IMG/VR virus record: IMGVR_UViG_3300044711_000109
Span: 1-46,844 of that record
Source: a virus
Length of the DNA stretch: 46,844 bases
Direction: 5' to 3' (one strand)
Made by a program: the position numbers and the translations under genes. The notes under the pieces are model-generated. The model worked only from the letters and a program-made list of their open reading frames with translations, made no database searches and was not told the DNA's origin. Below, one piece after another: positions 33,064 to 41,969 of this stretch (positions are counted from its first letter, which is position 1; each line of letters starts with the position of its first letter).

Positions 33064-33516
33064 CTACACGGCATTCGCTTGAAACGTGGCGACGAACTTC
33101 AGGACGAGCGATCCGTTGGGCCACCGCGCGCCGTTGCCTCGGCGAATGGTCAGCACAGATCCGGTGCTCTCGACGAAGACGGATTCCGGCGTGCCGTTGA
33201 CGACTGCGTGCGCCGAAGTGCCCTGCAACCGTGGCGCGCTGTATCCGGCCGGAAGCGCCGCGTACAGCTCGAACGGGGCGACCCCGCCGCCGTCCGAAAC
33301 AGTCGACGTCGCCACGTTGAGCGACAAGAATCCCACCGAGCCGATGCGGACAAACGAATAGTCAGACAGAGCGGACACCGTCCACGTGGCCACGTCCTCC
33401 GATGCCGTGAACGCCGGGCTGACCGTGACGTCGGAAAACGATTGCGCGTAGAGACTGCCCACCAACATCATCAAGACGGCCACCAATAGAACTTTTCTCA
33501 TCAATTTCTCCTTCAT
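33064..33516 (-). CDS. Protein with an N-terminal signal-peptide-like segment, inside the tail module (150 aa)
   Basis: ATG 33516 overlaps the upstream stop (ATGA). N-terminus is MKEKLMRKVLLVAVLMMLVGSLYAQ, followed by a beta-rich body. Confidence 0.5.
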   Translation of the reverse strand: MKEKLMRKVLLVAVLMMLVGSLYAQSFSDVTVSPAFTASEDVATWTVSALSDYSFVRIGSVGFLSLNVATSTVSDGGGVAPFELYAALPAGYSAPRLQGTSAHAVVNGTPESVFVESTGSVLTIRRGNGARWPNGSLVLKFVATFQANAV

Positions 33517-34460
33517 CGCGGGGTCCCCGCGATCGTCGTAACAATCGTGTTGCGTTTCCCTTCCTCGACTCGAATGTTCATCATCGTAGTGAGGCGCGAA
33601 ACGACGGACGCACGGCGCGCGGCGGCGTCCGCCCATCCCATCTTCTCCATCGTGATCGCGGTGGCCAGCTCGACCGCGAGCGTCTGAAGCTGTGGGTCCA
33701 TCAGCAGCGTGTCGCCCGCGGCCACGAGGTCGTTCTCGCGGCGCGTGCCGTAGAGCACCACCATCGTGAGGTACGTCGTCGTCGGAAGCGGCTTCAAAAG
33801 CACCCGCGACCCGGCGCGGCGCCAGCGGGTCGGCCAGCCAGCCGCCATGCTGATGAGCCCCCACAGCTCCGCATCCGGCTCCTCGACGCTCAGATACTCT
33901 ACCGTCGTCCCGTCAACCACGGCCGTGGTCAGCTTCGTGTAGTGGACGTCCTCGAGGTACAGCATCCGCTCCGGCAGCGGCAGATACGCCTGGTTGTTGA
34001 TCGTCACGTCGTACCAGCGCCAGTTCCTCAGCCGCGGCAGCCAGTCGAGCACGCGCCGGCCGCTGAGGGTGAGGCCGAGCGTCAGCAGCTCGTCCTTCGC
34101 CTCGTTGATGTAGGTCTGAACCGAGGAGTAGTGCGGATGTTGGGTCGGCAGGTTGTTGCAGTTGCGGACGACGCGGCCGACGAAAGAGTCATCCGGCCCG
34201 GTGCATATCCACGTGATCTGATTCGCGCCGGCGTTGTCGACGACGGTCACCCCGACCTTCGTTGGCCAGGTCGGCTCGGTGGCGCCGGAAGTGCCGGAAC
34301 CGGCGATCGATTGCACCGTGTACCGGAAGCCGTTCCCGCTGGTCGGCACGCGCACGGCCGCCACCGCGTACGCCGTCGCCGTCACCCAAATCGAGTAGAA
34401 GAAGGGGATGTCCGTCTCGGCTGGAGACGTGGCGGCGGAATCGATCTCGGTCCAGGTCAA
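33513..34460 (-). CDS. Tail/adaptor-like structural protein (315 aa)
   Basis: This is the track ORF. The N-terminal module GNGFRYTVQSIAGSGTSGATEPTWPTKVGVTVVDNAGANQITW is shared with the 763-aa protein. Confidence 0.5.
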   Translation of the reverse strand: MTWTEIDSAATSPAETDIPFFYSIWVTATAYAVAAVRVPTSGNGFRYTVQSIAGSGTSGATEPTWPTKVGVTVVDNAGANQITWICTGPDDSFVGRVVRNCNNLPTQHPHYSSVQTYINEAKDELLTLGLTLSGRRVLDWLPRLRNWRWYDVTINNQAYLPLPERMLYLEDVHYTKLTTAVVDGTTVEYLSVEEPDAELWGLISMAAGWPTRWRRAGSRVLLKPLPTTTYLTMVVLYGTRRENDLVAAGDTLLMDPQLQTLAVELATAITMEKMGWADAAARRASVVSRLTTMMNIRVEEGKRNTIVTTIAGTPR

Positions 34461-34802
34461 CTATTCAACCCGTTCCCACGTTCCGGACGACAGACCGAAC
34501 CAATGGCCGTTCGCTTCATCAGGCCACAGCAGCACGGCCGCGCCGGTCCTGGCGCCGTTTTCGTTGAGCGATGGCGTGATGATCGTCGATTGCTTGCCGT
34601 CGAGGAAAATGTAATCGTCGTATCGGATCTGCGCCGGGGAATCGTCGAGACAGCAGACCAGCAGCGGGCCGTTCTCGTAGTCGGCGGCAGACGGCAGCGT
34701 GAAGTTCGTCTCGCCTCCAACGATGTGTACGACGCGGATGCCGGTGAATTTCGGGGTTGGCGTGACTACTGGCATGCCAACGGTAAAGCCAAGATCGCCC
34801 AT
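34461..34802 (-). CDS. Hypothetical virion-module protein (113 aa)
   Basis: This is the track ORF. Its stop abuts the next start. Confidence 0.55.
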   Translation of the reverse strand: MGDLGFTVGMPVVTPTPKFTGIRVVHIVGGETNFTLPSAADYENGPLLVCCLDDSPAQIRYDDYIFLDGKQSTIITPSLNENGARTGAAVLLWPDEANGHWFGLSSGTWERVE

Positions 34803-34819
34803 CAGAAACTCTCCTTCTT

Positions 34820-35302
34820 TTACGAAATCGCCTGCACTTCGAGTGTCGAGCCGACGAGAACGGACGACGCCGTGACGTCGCTTGTGGTCTGCGCGAATTG
34901 AATCGTGAGTGTTCCGGCCACACTGACCGTGATGGTGCCCCGGATCACCGTGAGAACGACCGGATCAATGAGCCCCGTGATCGATGATCCGAGCGCCGTG
35001 TAACGCAGCTTGGTTTGGTTCGTCGCATCCTCGCTGATGGATAAGCCGTCGTAAACAACTGCGCTCGCGGTGACGGTCCCGGCGACCACGAATGAGCATC
35101 CACCAACAGGCGCCGTGACGAACAGAACCGCCTCAAACTTGTGCGTTCCGACCCCGAGCGTGAACGTTAGGCCCGTCACGTTCGCTAGTGTGTTGTTCGT
35201 TTTGTCGAACTGCGTCGCGACGCGCGCGATCCGCGGAGGCCCGCCGACACTCCCGGCGACTGGCGCCCCATTCGTGATGACCACTCCGCTCATTCCTGGC
35301 AT
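34820..35302 (-). CDS. Hypothetical beta-rich virion-module protein (160 aa)
   Basis: This is the track ORF, with T/V/G/S-rich composition. Confidence 0.55.
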   Translation of the reverse strand: MPGMSGVVITNGAPVAGSVGGPPRIARVATQFDKTNNTLANVTGLTFTLGVGTHKFEAVLFVTAPVGGCSFVVAGTVTASAVVYDGLSISEDATNQTKLRYTALGSSITGLIDPVVLTVIRGTITVSVAGTLTIQFAQTTSDVTASSVLVGSTLEVQAIS

Positions 35303-35305
35303 GGC

Positions 35306-35689
35306 TCAGCCTCCCTGCACGATGCCGTATGCGACGGTCACTTCGGACGCGCCGGCGGCCGTGTCGATGAATCGGAACTGTTCCATCCAGGCGCGCTGAT
35401 CCTCGAAAAACCAGACGCCGACCGGGAGGTAGAGCCCTTCCGAGGCGGTCGGGTCCGTGCCGTCCGTGCGGTACCGGATCGGGTTGTCTTTGACCGACAG
35501 CACCATCGAGTTCGCCTCGGCCGGCAGGACCACGCCAGCATCGGGAGTGGCCGTCAACTGGATTGCGGCATTCGGCGTATAGCGCGCGTAGCCCTTCCCG
35601 CTCCGGTTGTTCTGCGGGAGCGCGGAGTCGCCGACGCCCTGATTGATGAACGGCGTCCACGGTCCGGAAATCACATGTTCGGTTGCCAT
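35306..35689 (-). CDS. Hypothetical virion-module protein (127 aa)
   Basis: This is the track ORF. Its start abuts the methyltransferase stop. Confidence 0.55.
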   Translation of the reverse strand: MATEHVISGPWTPFINQGVGDSALPQNNRSGKGYARYTPNAAIQLTATPDAGVVLPAEANSMVLSVKDNPIRYRTDGTDPTASEGLYLPVGVWFFEDQRAWMEQFRFIDTAAGASEVTVAYGIVQGG

Positions 35690-36295
35690 TTACAGAGGCT
35701 CCTTTCTGAGCAGGACCGCGATGTCGTCGACCGCGTTCCAGTAGTGATTGCGCGCGAACTCCTGAGCCGCCTCGCTCTTGTCCGCGAAGTCCTCGTGATA
35801 GGCGAATGCCACCGACCAGGAGAAATTGACGCGCGCATAGTCGCCGGAGTGCTCGAGCCCATTCACCATGAGCCACTCCCGCGAGAAGTAGGCGAGGCGC
35901 GCCTCGGTGAGCGGCTGCCGGTGCGAGGGGTCCTGCAGGAAGCGGTCGCTCTTCGCGTACGGCCCGACGAAGCGGTATAGGCCGCCCGGCTTGAGGCACC
36001 GGTAGACCTCCTCGAAGTGCAGCTTCCAGTCCGGCACGTGCTCGACGAAGTGCGAGGAGGTGAACATGTCGACCGATCCGTCTTCGAACGGCCACGGCGC
36101 GGCGTAGAGATCCGCCTGCATGATCCGGTCGCCGGTCGCGAACTTGTCGACGCCGATGAAGCCCTCCGGCAGCGTGACCTGACCGCAGCCGAGGTCGACG
36201 AGCAGCGCGTTGGGATTCTCGGCGCGGATCTTCGCGACAGCGCGCGCCTCCATGCCGTCGAAGGTTTCGGCCTGCTGAACTTCGATCACGCTCAT
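35690..36295 (-). CDS. Class I SAM-dependent methyltransferase
   Basis: ATG 36295 overlaps the glycosyltransferase stop (ATGA). Motif I is LLVDLGCGQ, followed by FEDGSVDMFTSSHFVEHV and YRCLKPGG. Confidence 0.7.
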   Translation of the reverse strand: MSVIEVQQAETFDGMEARAVAKIRAENPNALLVDLGCGQVTLPEGFIGVDKFATGDRIMQADLYAAPWPFEDGSVDMFTSSHFVEHVPDWKLHFEEVYRCLKPGGLYRFVGPYAKSDRFLQDPSHRQPLTEARLAYFSREWLMVNGLEHSGDYARVNFSWSVAFAYHEDFADKSEAAQEFARNHYWNAVDDIAVLLRKEPL

Positions 36296-37077
36296 GTGAT
36301 GACTCCTGTCGATGGGTCGATGTGCCCGACCTTCACTGCGCAGTTCACCCCGAACCGCGCGCCCGCCTCCTCCTTCGCCTTGCGGCAGAAAAAGAGGTCC
36401 TGTGTGAAGCTGTCGGTCGTCTGAAACCACGGCTTGCTCAGCTTCTCGAAAAGGCCCTTGCGGAAGATCGCGCACCCCATGCCGATTCCGTTGACTTCGA
36501 TGGTACGCCCCTCGCGAATTGCCGCTGCGATCGACACCGGCCGGAAGTCGCCCGGCTCCTTCGGATCGCCGTACGCCATCGGCACCGGCGGCGCGACCTT
36601 CATCCAGTAAAGCCCGGACACGGCGTCAAAGCCACGATGCCCCGCCTCACACACCCAGCCCACCCCCCCTACTTCGGCGCCGCAGTCCGGACAGGTGAAG
36701 ATCGATGCGAAGAGATCGCGCACGGCGTTGGGCGGGATGATGTTGTCCTCTTCGACCGTGAAGACGAAGGGGGCCGCGACGACCTTCTCGACAACGCGCT
36801 TGGGGTCCATGACGATCTCGAAGAGCTGCTGGTACGCCGCGCCGACTTCCATCCGCTTCATCGTGAACCGCGGCGTCCTGAACTGATTCGGCGGCCACTC
36901 GATGCGGTCCCACGCATCGACCACCTCGCACGGGTAGAGGCCGCGCGTGGGAATCACCCAACAGAGGCCCTGATCGCGCCACATCTTCGAGCGCTCGAAG
37001 GCGGACACGTTCTCTTCCTTGAAGCCTTTCGCGACCTCATATCCGGCTCCGGCGATCTGTACTTCAGCAACGGCCAT
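36292..37077 (-). CDS. GT-A fold (family-2-like) glycosyltransferase with an inserted zinc ribbon
   Basis: WVIPTRG..., TVEEDNI (DxD-like), GIGMGCAIFRKGLFEKLSKPWF...TQDLFFCRKAKEEAGARFGVNCAVKVGHI, and a CPDCG...CEAGH insert. Confidence 0.6.
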   Translation of the reverse strand: MAVAEVQIAGAGYEVAKGFKEENVSAFERSKMWRDQGLCWVIPTRGLYPCEVVDAWDRIEWPPNQFRTPRFTMKRMEVGAAYQQLFEIVMDPKRVVEKVVAAPFVFTVEEDNIIPPNAVRDLFASIFTCPDCGAEVGGVGWVCEAGHRGFDAVSGLYWMKVAPPVPMAYGDPKEPGDFRPVSIAAAIREGRTIEVNGIGMGCAIFRKGLFEKLSKPWFQTTDSFTQDLFFCRKAKEEAGARFGVNCAVKVGHIDPSTGVIT

Positions 37078-37083
37078 TCGTTT

Positions 37084-37665
37084 TCACCTCACGCGGAAGA
37101 TGCCGCGATATACGGAGTTGTTGAACGTCAGATTGTAGTCGCCCGGCACCATCGACAGCGCGGCAATGAGCGTGAGGGTCGTCAGTGTAGCGGTCCTCAC
37201 CACTGCCGAGCTGTCGGTGATTCCGGTCGGATAGGTGAGCGTGTCGGTCGACGCGAAGCGCGTCCCGGCGAGCAGCACCGTGACGGCCGTGTTGCGCTCG
37301 ATGGCCAGCGGCTCGCGCGGCGAGATCCGCGTCCCGTCGCTGCGCGTGATCGTGTTCACCGTGCCAGGAATGACTTCGGCTAGCGGGAACTGAGAAATTT
37401 CCTTCGCGCTCTTCGCCAGCTTCCGCGCATTCTTCGCCGCCCGGCGCGTGGCGTTGACGAGCTGCTGGACCTTGTAATCCTCGGTCTTGTGGTCCGCGCA
37501 CAGCGGGCACTTCTCGACGCCGTCCTCGACGACGAACATCTCGACCGGCCACTGAAACCGGCAGACCACGCACCGCTTCGATTTGTAGTCAGCAAGGATG
37601 CGCTCGCGGTACCAGGCCGGATCTTCGTCGATGGGCGGGTGACGGCGATCGATGATGGTTCGCAT
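37084..37665 (-). CDS. Hypothetical protein with an N-terminal zinc ribbon and a beta-rich C-terminal domain (193 aa)
   Basis: CVVCRF...CPLCADH, followed by a T/L/A-rich Ig-like stretch. Confidence 0.55.
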   Translation of the reverse strand: MRTIIDRRHPPIDEDPAWYRERILADYKSKRCVVCRFQWPVEMFVVEDGVEKCPLCADHKTEDYKVQQLVNATRRAAKNARKLAKSAKEISQFPLAEVIPGTVNTITRSDGTRISPREPLAIERNTAVTVLLAGTRFASTDTLTYPTGITDSSAVVRTATLTTLTLIAALSMVPGDYNLTFNNSVYRGIFRVR

Positions 37666-37914
37666 TCAGATTGTTTCGAAGAACCCGAGCAGTTGACGTC
37701 GCTTTGGTGTGTGCGTGTCGGCGTGCTCGACGAGTCTCATTTCTGTTTCGATGCGGTCCTCGTTCATTCGCCGCCGCGTCTTGAAGCCCTGGGCGGGATC
37801 GCCAGTTACCCGCTCCAGAACGAGCCTTGCTCTGTCGCCGTCCCATTCGATCCGTCGCGGATAGCTACGGAATCGGAGTGGCTTACTGAACAGGTACAGC
37901 TCGTCGGCATTCAT
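37666..37914 (-). CDS. Hypothetical protein (82 aa)
   Basis: This is the track ORF. ATG follows GGTAGGAGTTTAAAA. Confidence 0.55.
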   Translation of the reverse strand: MNADELYLFSKPLRFRSYPRRIEWDGDRARLVLERVTGDPAQGFKTRRRMNEDRIETEMRLVEHADTHTPKRRQLLGFFETI

Positions 37915-37948
37915 TTTTAAACTCCTACCACACTCATCCTCCGAAGGT

Positions 37949-37975
37949 GAGGGGCGGGGTAAGTTCCCGCCCCTC
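37949..37975 (-). terminator. Strong 10-bp GC stem-loop just downstream of the capsid-like gene (terminator, attenuator or mRNA stabiliser)
   Basis: GAGGGGCGGG-7 nt-CCCGCCCCTC, with no clear U-tract. Confidence 0.45.
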
Positions 37976-37998
37976 GAAGTGACTGCATAAACGGGGCG

Positions 37999-38961
37999 TT
38001 ACGACGTGGGGTAGCCGGCGATTCCGCGCCAATCCTTGTGGAAGCGCGCCCACCGGGAGGTGACCTTGTACTTGATCGCGTTGGCGTCGAAGTCGACGTC
38101 CTTCGCGTACTTCGGCTTCTGCCGCCACATGAAATTGAGCGGGTTCCGCTTCTTCGAGATGACCCACCAGCCGGTGTACGTCGTGCCGAGATACTTGCAC
38201 ATCACCGGCGTGATGTCCTCGTCCTTGAGGAGGTTCTTGTTCCAGTTGTTGGTGTTGAGCTGGCGTTCGGTCTTGAGGATCTCGAGCGCCGTGAACTTGT
38301 TCGCCAGGCCGTGCAGCAGAATGTAGCCGCCGGTGTTCTCGATGAAGTCGCCTTTGTCGTCGAGCTGACCGTCAAGGGCGGTGATCGCCGAGTAGACGTT
38401 CGCCTGAGTGAGCGCGGCGGCCGAGGTGAAGTTGACCTGGCTCTGCGGCGGATTCTTGAGAGTGGTGTGCGTTCCGAGAAGCGCCCCTCCGTCGCGGCCG
38501 ATGTAGTCGGCGGCCGTGGAGGTGCCGTTGAGAATCTTCGTCGCGCAGTCCACGTCGGCGGTCCACCACGCGGAGCGCTTCCAGCGCTTGGTGACATCGG
38601 CGTACGCGCCGAGGGTCGCCACGTTCTTTCCGTCGAAGGGGCCGGCGTCCGCGAGGTCGTCAAGCGTCTCCTCGGCCGTGCGGAACATGCGGCCGAAGTT
38701 GCGCGGGATGACGCGGAGCTCGGGGCCGATCTCGTAGGAGTCCGGGTTCATGTCCTCGAGCAGTTCGCGCTCGGTGAGCTGACCCAGACCGCCGATCTGA
38801 ATGTCGACGTATTCGCCGCGGCCGAAGTCGTCCACGTTGAAGTACTGCGGAAAACACGCATCCTGCTCGGGCGTCTCCGCTTCCCACGCGCTGTCGATCA
38901 GATCCTCGATCAGCGCGATCGCGTCTTGAGTGGTCCAGTAACCGGAAGATGATGTCGCCAT
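37999..38961 (-). CDS. Major capsid protein candidate (lambda gpE-sized, 320 aa)
   Basis: It follows a decoration-like gene, precedes a strong stem-loop, and has an appropriate size for a capsid protein. No motif-level proof. Confidence 0.5.
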   Translation of the reverse strand: MATSSSGYWTTQDAIALIEDLIDSAWEAETPEQDACFPQYFNVDDFGRGEYVDIQIGGLGQLTERELLEDMNPDSYEIGPELRVIPRNFGRMFRTAEETLDDLADAGPFDGKNVATLGAYADVTKRWKRSAWWTADVDCATKILNGTSTAADYIGRDGGALLGTHTTLKNPPQSQVNFTSAAALTQANVYSAITALDGQLDDKGDFIENTGGYILLHGLANKFTALEILKTERQLNTNNWNKNLLKDEDITPVMCKYLGTTYTGWWVISKKRNPLNFMWRQKPKYAKDVDFDANAIKYKVTSRWARFHKDWRGIAGYPTS

Positions 38962-38976
38962 GATTTTCCCCTCCCC

Positions 38977-39471
38977 TTACGGCACGATCGCGGCATCAGC
39001 CGGAACGAAAAGAACGACCACGTTGACGTCGCCGTTCGCGACGGGACCATTGTCCCAATCGAGCGCGTCTTCGATGTAGCCGCAGCTCGAATTGGAAACG
39101 CCGGTGCCGGTCGTGGCGCGGATTGCGCCGATGGACGCGCCGGAGCCCCGTGAGAGCGCGCACGTCGCGCCGCGCAGGGCATCGGTCCAGGTACCGGCGA
39201 GCGTCACGCGGAACGCCTTGTCGTGCTCGAACTTCCACACCGAGGCCTTTTTCGCGCCGTCGGTGGCGCCGTTCTGGCCGGTGCGGGCCGCGACGCCCGT
39301 GAACGTGGTCGGGCAGCCGGTCGCGGCCGCCTGAATGAATCCGGACGACCTCACCAGGAGATCGCCCTTCGGATAGGTCTGCGCCGATGCTTCCTTGATG
39401 CCCTTCATTTTCGCGCCGACTTTGCGCGACGCGGGCTCCATCGGAACTGAGGTTTTGCCTGTGGTTGCCAT
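38977..39471 (-). CDS. Head decoration-like protein (DUF2190/gpD-like pattern)
   Basis: YPKGDLLVRSSGFIQAA...FTGVAARTGQNG...pattern, and a position directly upstream of the capsid candidate. Confidence 0.4.
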   Translation of the reverse strand: MATTGKTSVPMEPASRKVGAKMKGIKEASAQTYPKGDLLVRSSGFIQAAATGCPTTFTGVAARTGQNGATDGAKKASVWKFEHDKAFRVTLAGTWTDALRGATCALSRGSGASIGAIRATTGTGVSNSSCGYIEDALDWDNGPVANGDVNVVVLFVPADAAIVP

Positions 39472-39474
39472 GTG

Positions 39475-39639
39475 TTACTCCCTCCCGAGTTCTTCAGCGG
39501 CCACCGCCACTGCGGGGATCTTGTTGAGCCAGAATTCGCACTCCTGAATCGCGCCGCCGACGGCGTGAAACGTCGCCTGGGCTTGCTGCTGCTGGCGGCG
39601 CAGGTCTTCGAGGCGTGCGAGTAGCTGTTCCCGATCCAT
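39475..39639 (-). CDS. Small coiled-coil protein (54 aa)
   Basis: ATG 39639 overlaps the upstream stop (TAATG). N-terminus is MDREQLLARLEDLRRQQQQAQ... Confidence 0.45.
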   Translation of the reverse strand: MDREQLLARLEDLRRQQQQAQATFHAVGGAIQECEFWLNKIPAVAVAAEELGRE

Positions 39640-40418
39640 TACGCTGGCGTCCCGCTGAAGAGATTGATGTAGCGTTTGTTGCCGTTGACGAGAACCGCGA
39701 TGCATCCGGCGTTGGTGGCCGAGGAGACCCCCGCGTCAGTCCAGATCGTCGTTGCTCCGGTGCCGAGCGTCGAGGGCAGGTCGAGAATCGCCGCGTACTG
39801 GAGGCTCCCCGTCTGCGTCTCGGCCTTCTCGATGCGGATCGGAACGAAAGTCCCGCTGACCGTGCCGGAGAAGGCCGCGCGCATCCGGATGAAGTTCAGG
39901 TTCCCGGTGACGGTGCGCGTGGCGGCGTCATCGGTGACCAACTCCAAGTTCAGAGCGCGGATGTCTCCGCCGACCGTACCGGCGGCAGTTCCTTTGGGAT
40001 TGACGTCGACGTGCAGCCCGATGATCGAGCCGGAGCCGCTGAGCGCAACACCGCTCGCGACACGCGGGGAAATCTGGCCGCCGAAGACGGAGCCGGAGCT
40101 GCCGATCGTCTGGTTCGGTTTGGACTGAAAGCCGATCGAGTCGCCGCTGGCCTGAGTGAAGTTGCGGCTGTTGATGCGGACCTGCTTGTCGTCGGATTCG
40201 GTGTTGAGTGACAGGTGATTGGCCGTGGTCCCAGTGATGGTGGTTGCCGTCATCGTGGTGGCCACGATCGTTCCTGTCACGCCACCGTCTTTGAGCAGCA
40301 CGCCGTCGACGGTGACTCCAGCGGCCGGCGTGAACTCGGCGATGGTGTCGACCGCGACGATGGTCATTCCCGTCTTGCCGAATGTGGTTGGAAGATTGGC
40401 TGAGATTTGGTCCGGCAT
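39639..40418 (-). CDS. Thr/Gly-rich beta-rich head-module protein (259 aa)
   Basis: This is the track ORF. The C-terminus ...GCIAVLVNGNKRYINLFSGTPA resembles endings seen in phage structural proteins. Its role is unclear. Confidence 0.5.
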   Translation of the reverse strand: MPDQISANLPTTFGKTGMTIVAVDTIAEFTPAAGVTVDGVLLKDGGVTGTIVATTMTATTITGTTANHLSLNTESDDKQVRINSRNFTQASGDSIGFQSKPNQTIGSSGSVFGGQISPRVASGVALSGSGSIIGLHVDVNPKGTAAGTVGGDIRALNLELVTDDAATRTVTGNLNFIRMRAAFSGTVSGTFVPIRIEKAETQTGSLQYAAILDLPSTLGTGATTIWTDAGVSSATNAGCIAVLVNGNKRYINLFSGTPA

Positions 40419-40421
40419 GGC

Positions 40422-40919
40422 TTACGCTCCCGCCCGTCCGCGCGCCGGACGAAGCTCCCGGCCGCTGCCGTCGAGCACCGCGACCTGGCCGCCGGCCTTG
40501 AGCACCTTCGCCTCTTCCGCCGCGTCTTCCTGCTGCTGCGCGCGTTTTCGACGCTTCTGCTCTTCGGTCATCTGGGCCTGTTCCTTGAGGTAGAGCGACG
40601 CCGGGCGGAACATCGCGCGGTCCCCGCCAGCGTTTTCGGCGAAGCCCTCGGGGGTCCACGTGAAAACGTCCTCGTTGATCCACCACTTTTCGGACTTTTT
40701 GACGAACTTGTAGCCCTTCATCTTCGCGAGGGAGAGCTTGTCGCGGTCCGCCATGTTGACGAATTGAAACTGGTGAAGCTCGTCCGGCGCGTCCTCGAGA
40801 TGCATGTCCGCTTTGCCGCCGACGTGGCCGACCAGCGTATTGAGCAGCATCGAGTGAACGACCATCGAGCGGTCGAAATCGGGGCGCAGATTGAGCGCCA
40901 CGTCCCCATAGTTAGGCAT
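40422..40919 (-). CDS. Hypothetical head-module protein (165 aa)
   Basis: This is the track ORF. It overlaps the upstream gene by 8 nt. Confidence 0.55.
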   Translation of the reverse strand: MPNYGDVALNLRPDFDRSMVVHSMLLNTLVGHVGGKADMHLEDAPDELHQFQFVNMADRDKLSLAKMKGYKFVKKSEKWWINEDVFTWTPEGFAENAGGDRAMFRPASLYLKEQAQMTEEQKRRKRAQQQEDAAEEAKVLKAGGQVAVLDGSGRELRPARGRAGA

Positions 40920-41865
40920 TTGCGTTCCTCCGTTTGCCGCGTTCGATCAGATCGTCGACCTTGAGGCCCAGCCGTGGCGCGATGTACTCGCGCGCCCTGC
41001 GCTGCGCGTCGCTGAGAGTTCCCTTCGACGGAGCACCCGGCGCTGCTGCGGGGGCAGGACGGCTGCTACCCGGAGGAGTCGGCGGTGTGGGCTGCGAAGG
41101 TTGAGCGGCAACTGGCGCGGGCGGCGCGGTAGGCGCGGCGGAGGCTGGCCACAGGTGATTCCATGCGGCGAGTAAATTCCTGGGGTTGGTGAGGCTCCCG
41201 TTGGCGTAGAACGGGCTGCCGTTGTAGGTGACCTCGGCGAGGAGAGCCCGGGAGCGGGCGTCGACCACCTCGCCGGGGATGCCGAGCGTCCCGAGGTGGT
41301 TGCGGAGCGCGAGGTACGCGCCCTGGGCATCTTCGTTGACGCGGCGGCCGCGCAGCTCGGCCGTGATCTCGGCCTTCACCTCATCGCGGCTGGAGCGCAC
41401 TTCGTTTTTCACGTCGTCGCGCGTGATCTCGTTGAAGAGCGCGCGGGCGCTTTCGAAGTCACCAGCGGCCCACGCCTCGTTCATTTTTGCGACGCGTGGG
41501 TCCTCCCTCGGCTCCGGCGCGGGCGCGGCGGGCTGGACCGGCATCACGCGGCGCGCGATGTCTTCCATCTGCCGCGTCTGCCGCTCGCTCTCCAGCTCGC
41601 GCTGAAGCTGCGTGGCGCGGTCGCGCTCTCGCGTCACCTCCGTCCGGCGATCGGCGAAGATTTTCGCCACCTCCTCGCCTGTCTTGCCCTTCAGCTCTTC
41701 GTCCTCGGCGTCGGCAAAGACGAAGGTCCTGTAGGACGGCGCGGCGGGAGCCTCGGGGGCGGGCTCTCCCTGTTGTGGCGCCGCGACCTTGGCGAGGAAT
41801 CCCTTCAGGTCCGCACTCGGATCGATCGGCTTCCCTTCGCTGTCAACTGCTCTCGGATTCGCCAT
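40912..41865 (-). CDS. Scaffolding-like protein (317 aa)
   Basis: It is charged and helical with Ala/Pro-rich linkers and lies directly after the portal gene. Confidence 0.45.
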   Translation of the reverse strand: MANPRAVDSEGKPIDPSADLKGFLAKVAAPQQGEPAPEAPAAPSYRTFVFADAEDEELKGKTGEEVAKIFADRRTEVTRERDRATQLQRELESERQTRQMEDIARRVMPVQPAAPAPEPREDPRVAKMNEAWAAGDFESARALFNEITRDDVKNEVRSSRDEVKAEITAELRGRRVNEDAQGAYLALRNHLGTLGIPGEVVDARSRALLAEVTYNGSPFYANGSLTNPRNLLAAWNHLWPASAAPTAPPAPVAAQPSQPTPPTPPGSSRPAPAAAPGAPSKGTLSDAQRRAREYIAPRLGLKVDDLIERGKRRNANA

Positions 41866-41969
41866 GCGATTCTGCCTTTCTCACTCGAACAAGCGCGCCG
41901 TCGATGACGTCGAGCATTTCTCTTGCGCCCTGCGCGCGGTACGCGGCGCGGAGCGTCTTTTCGGCTGTG

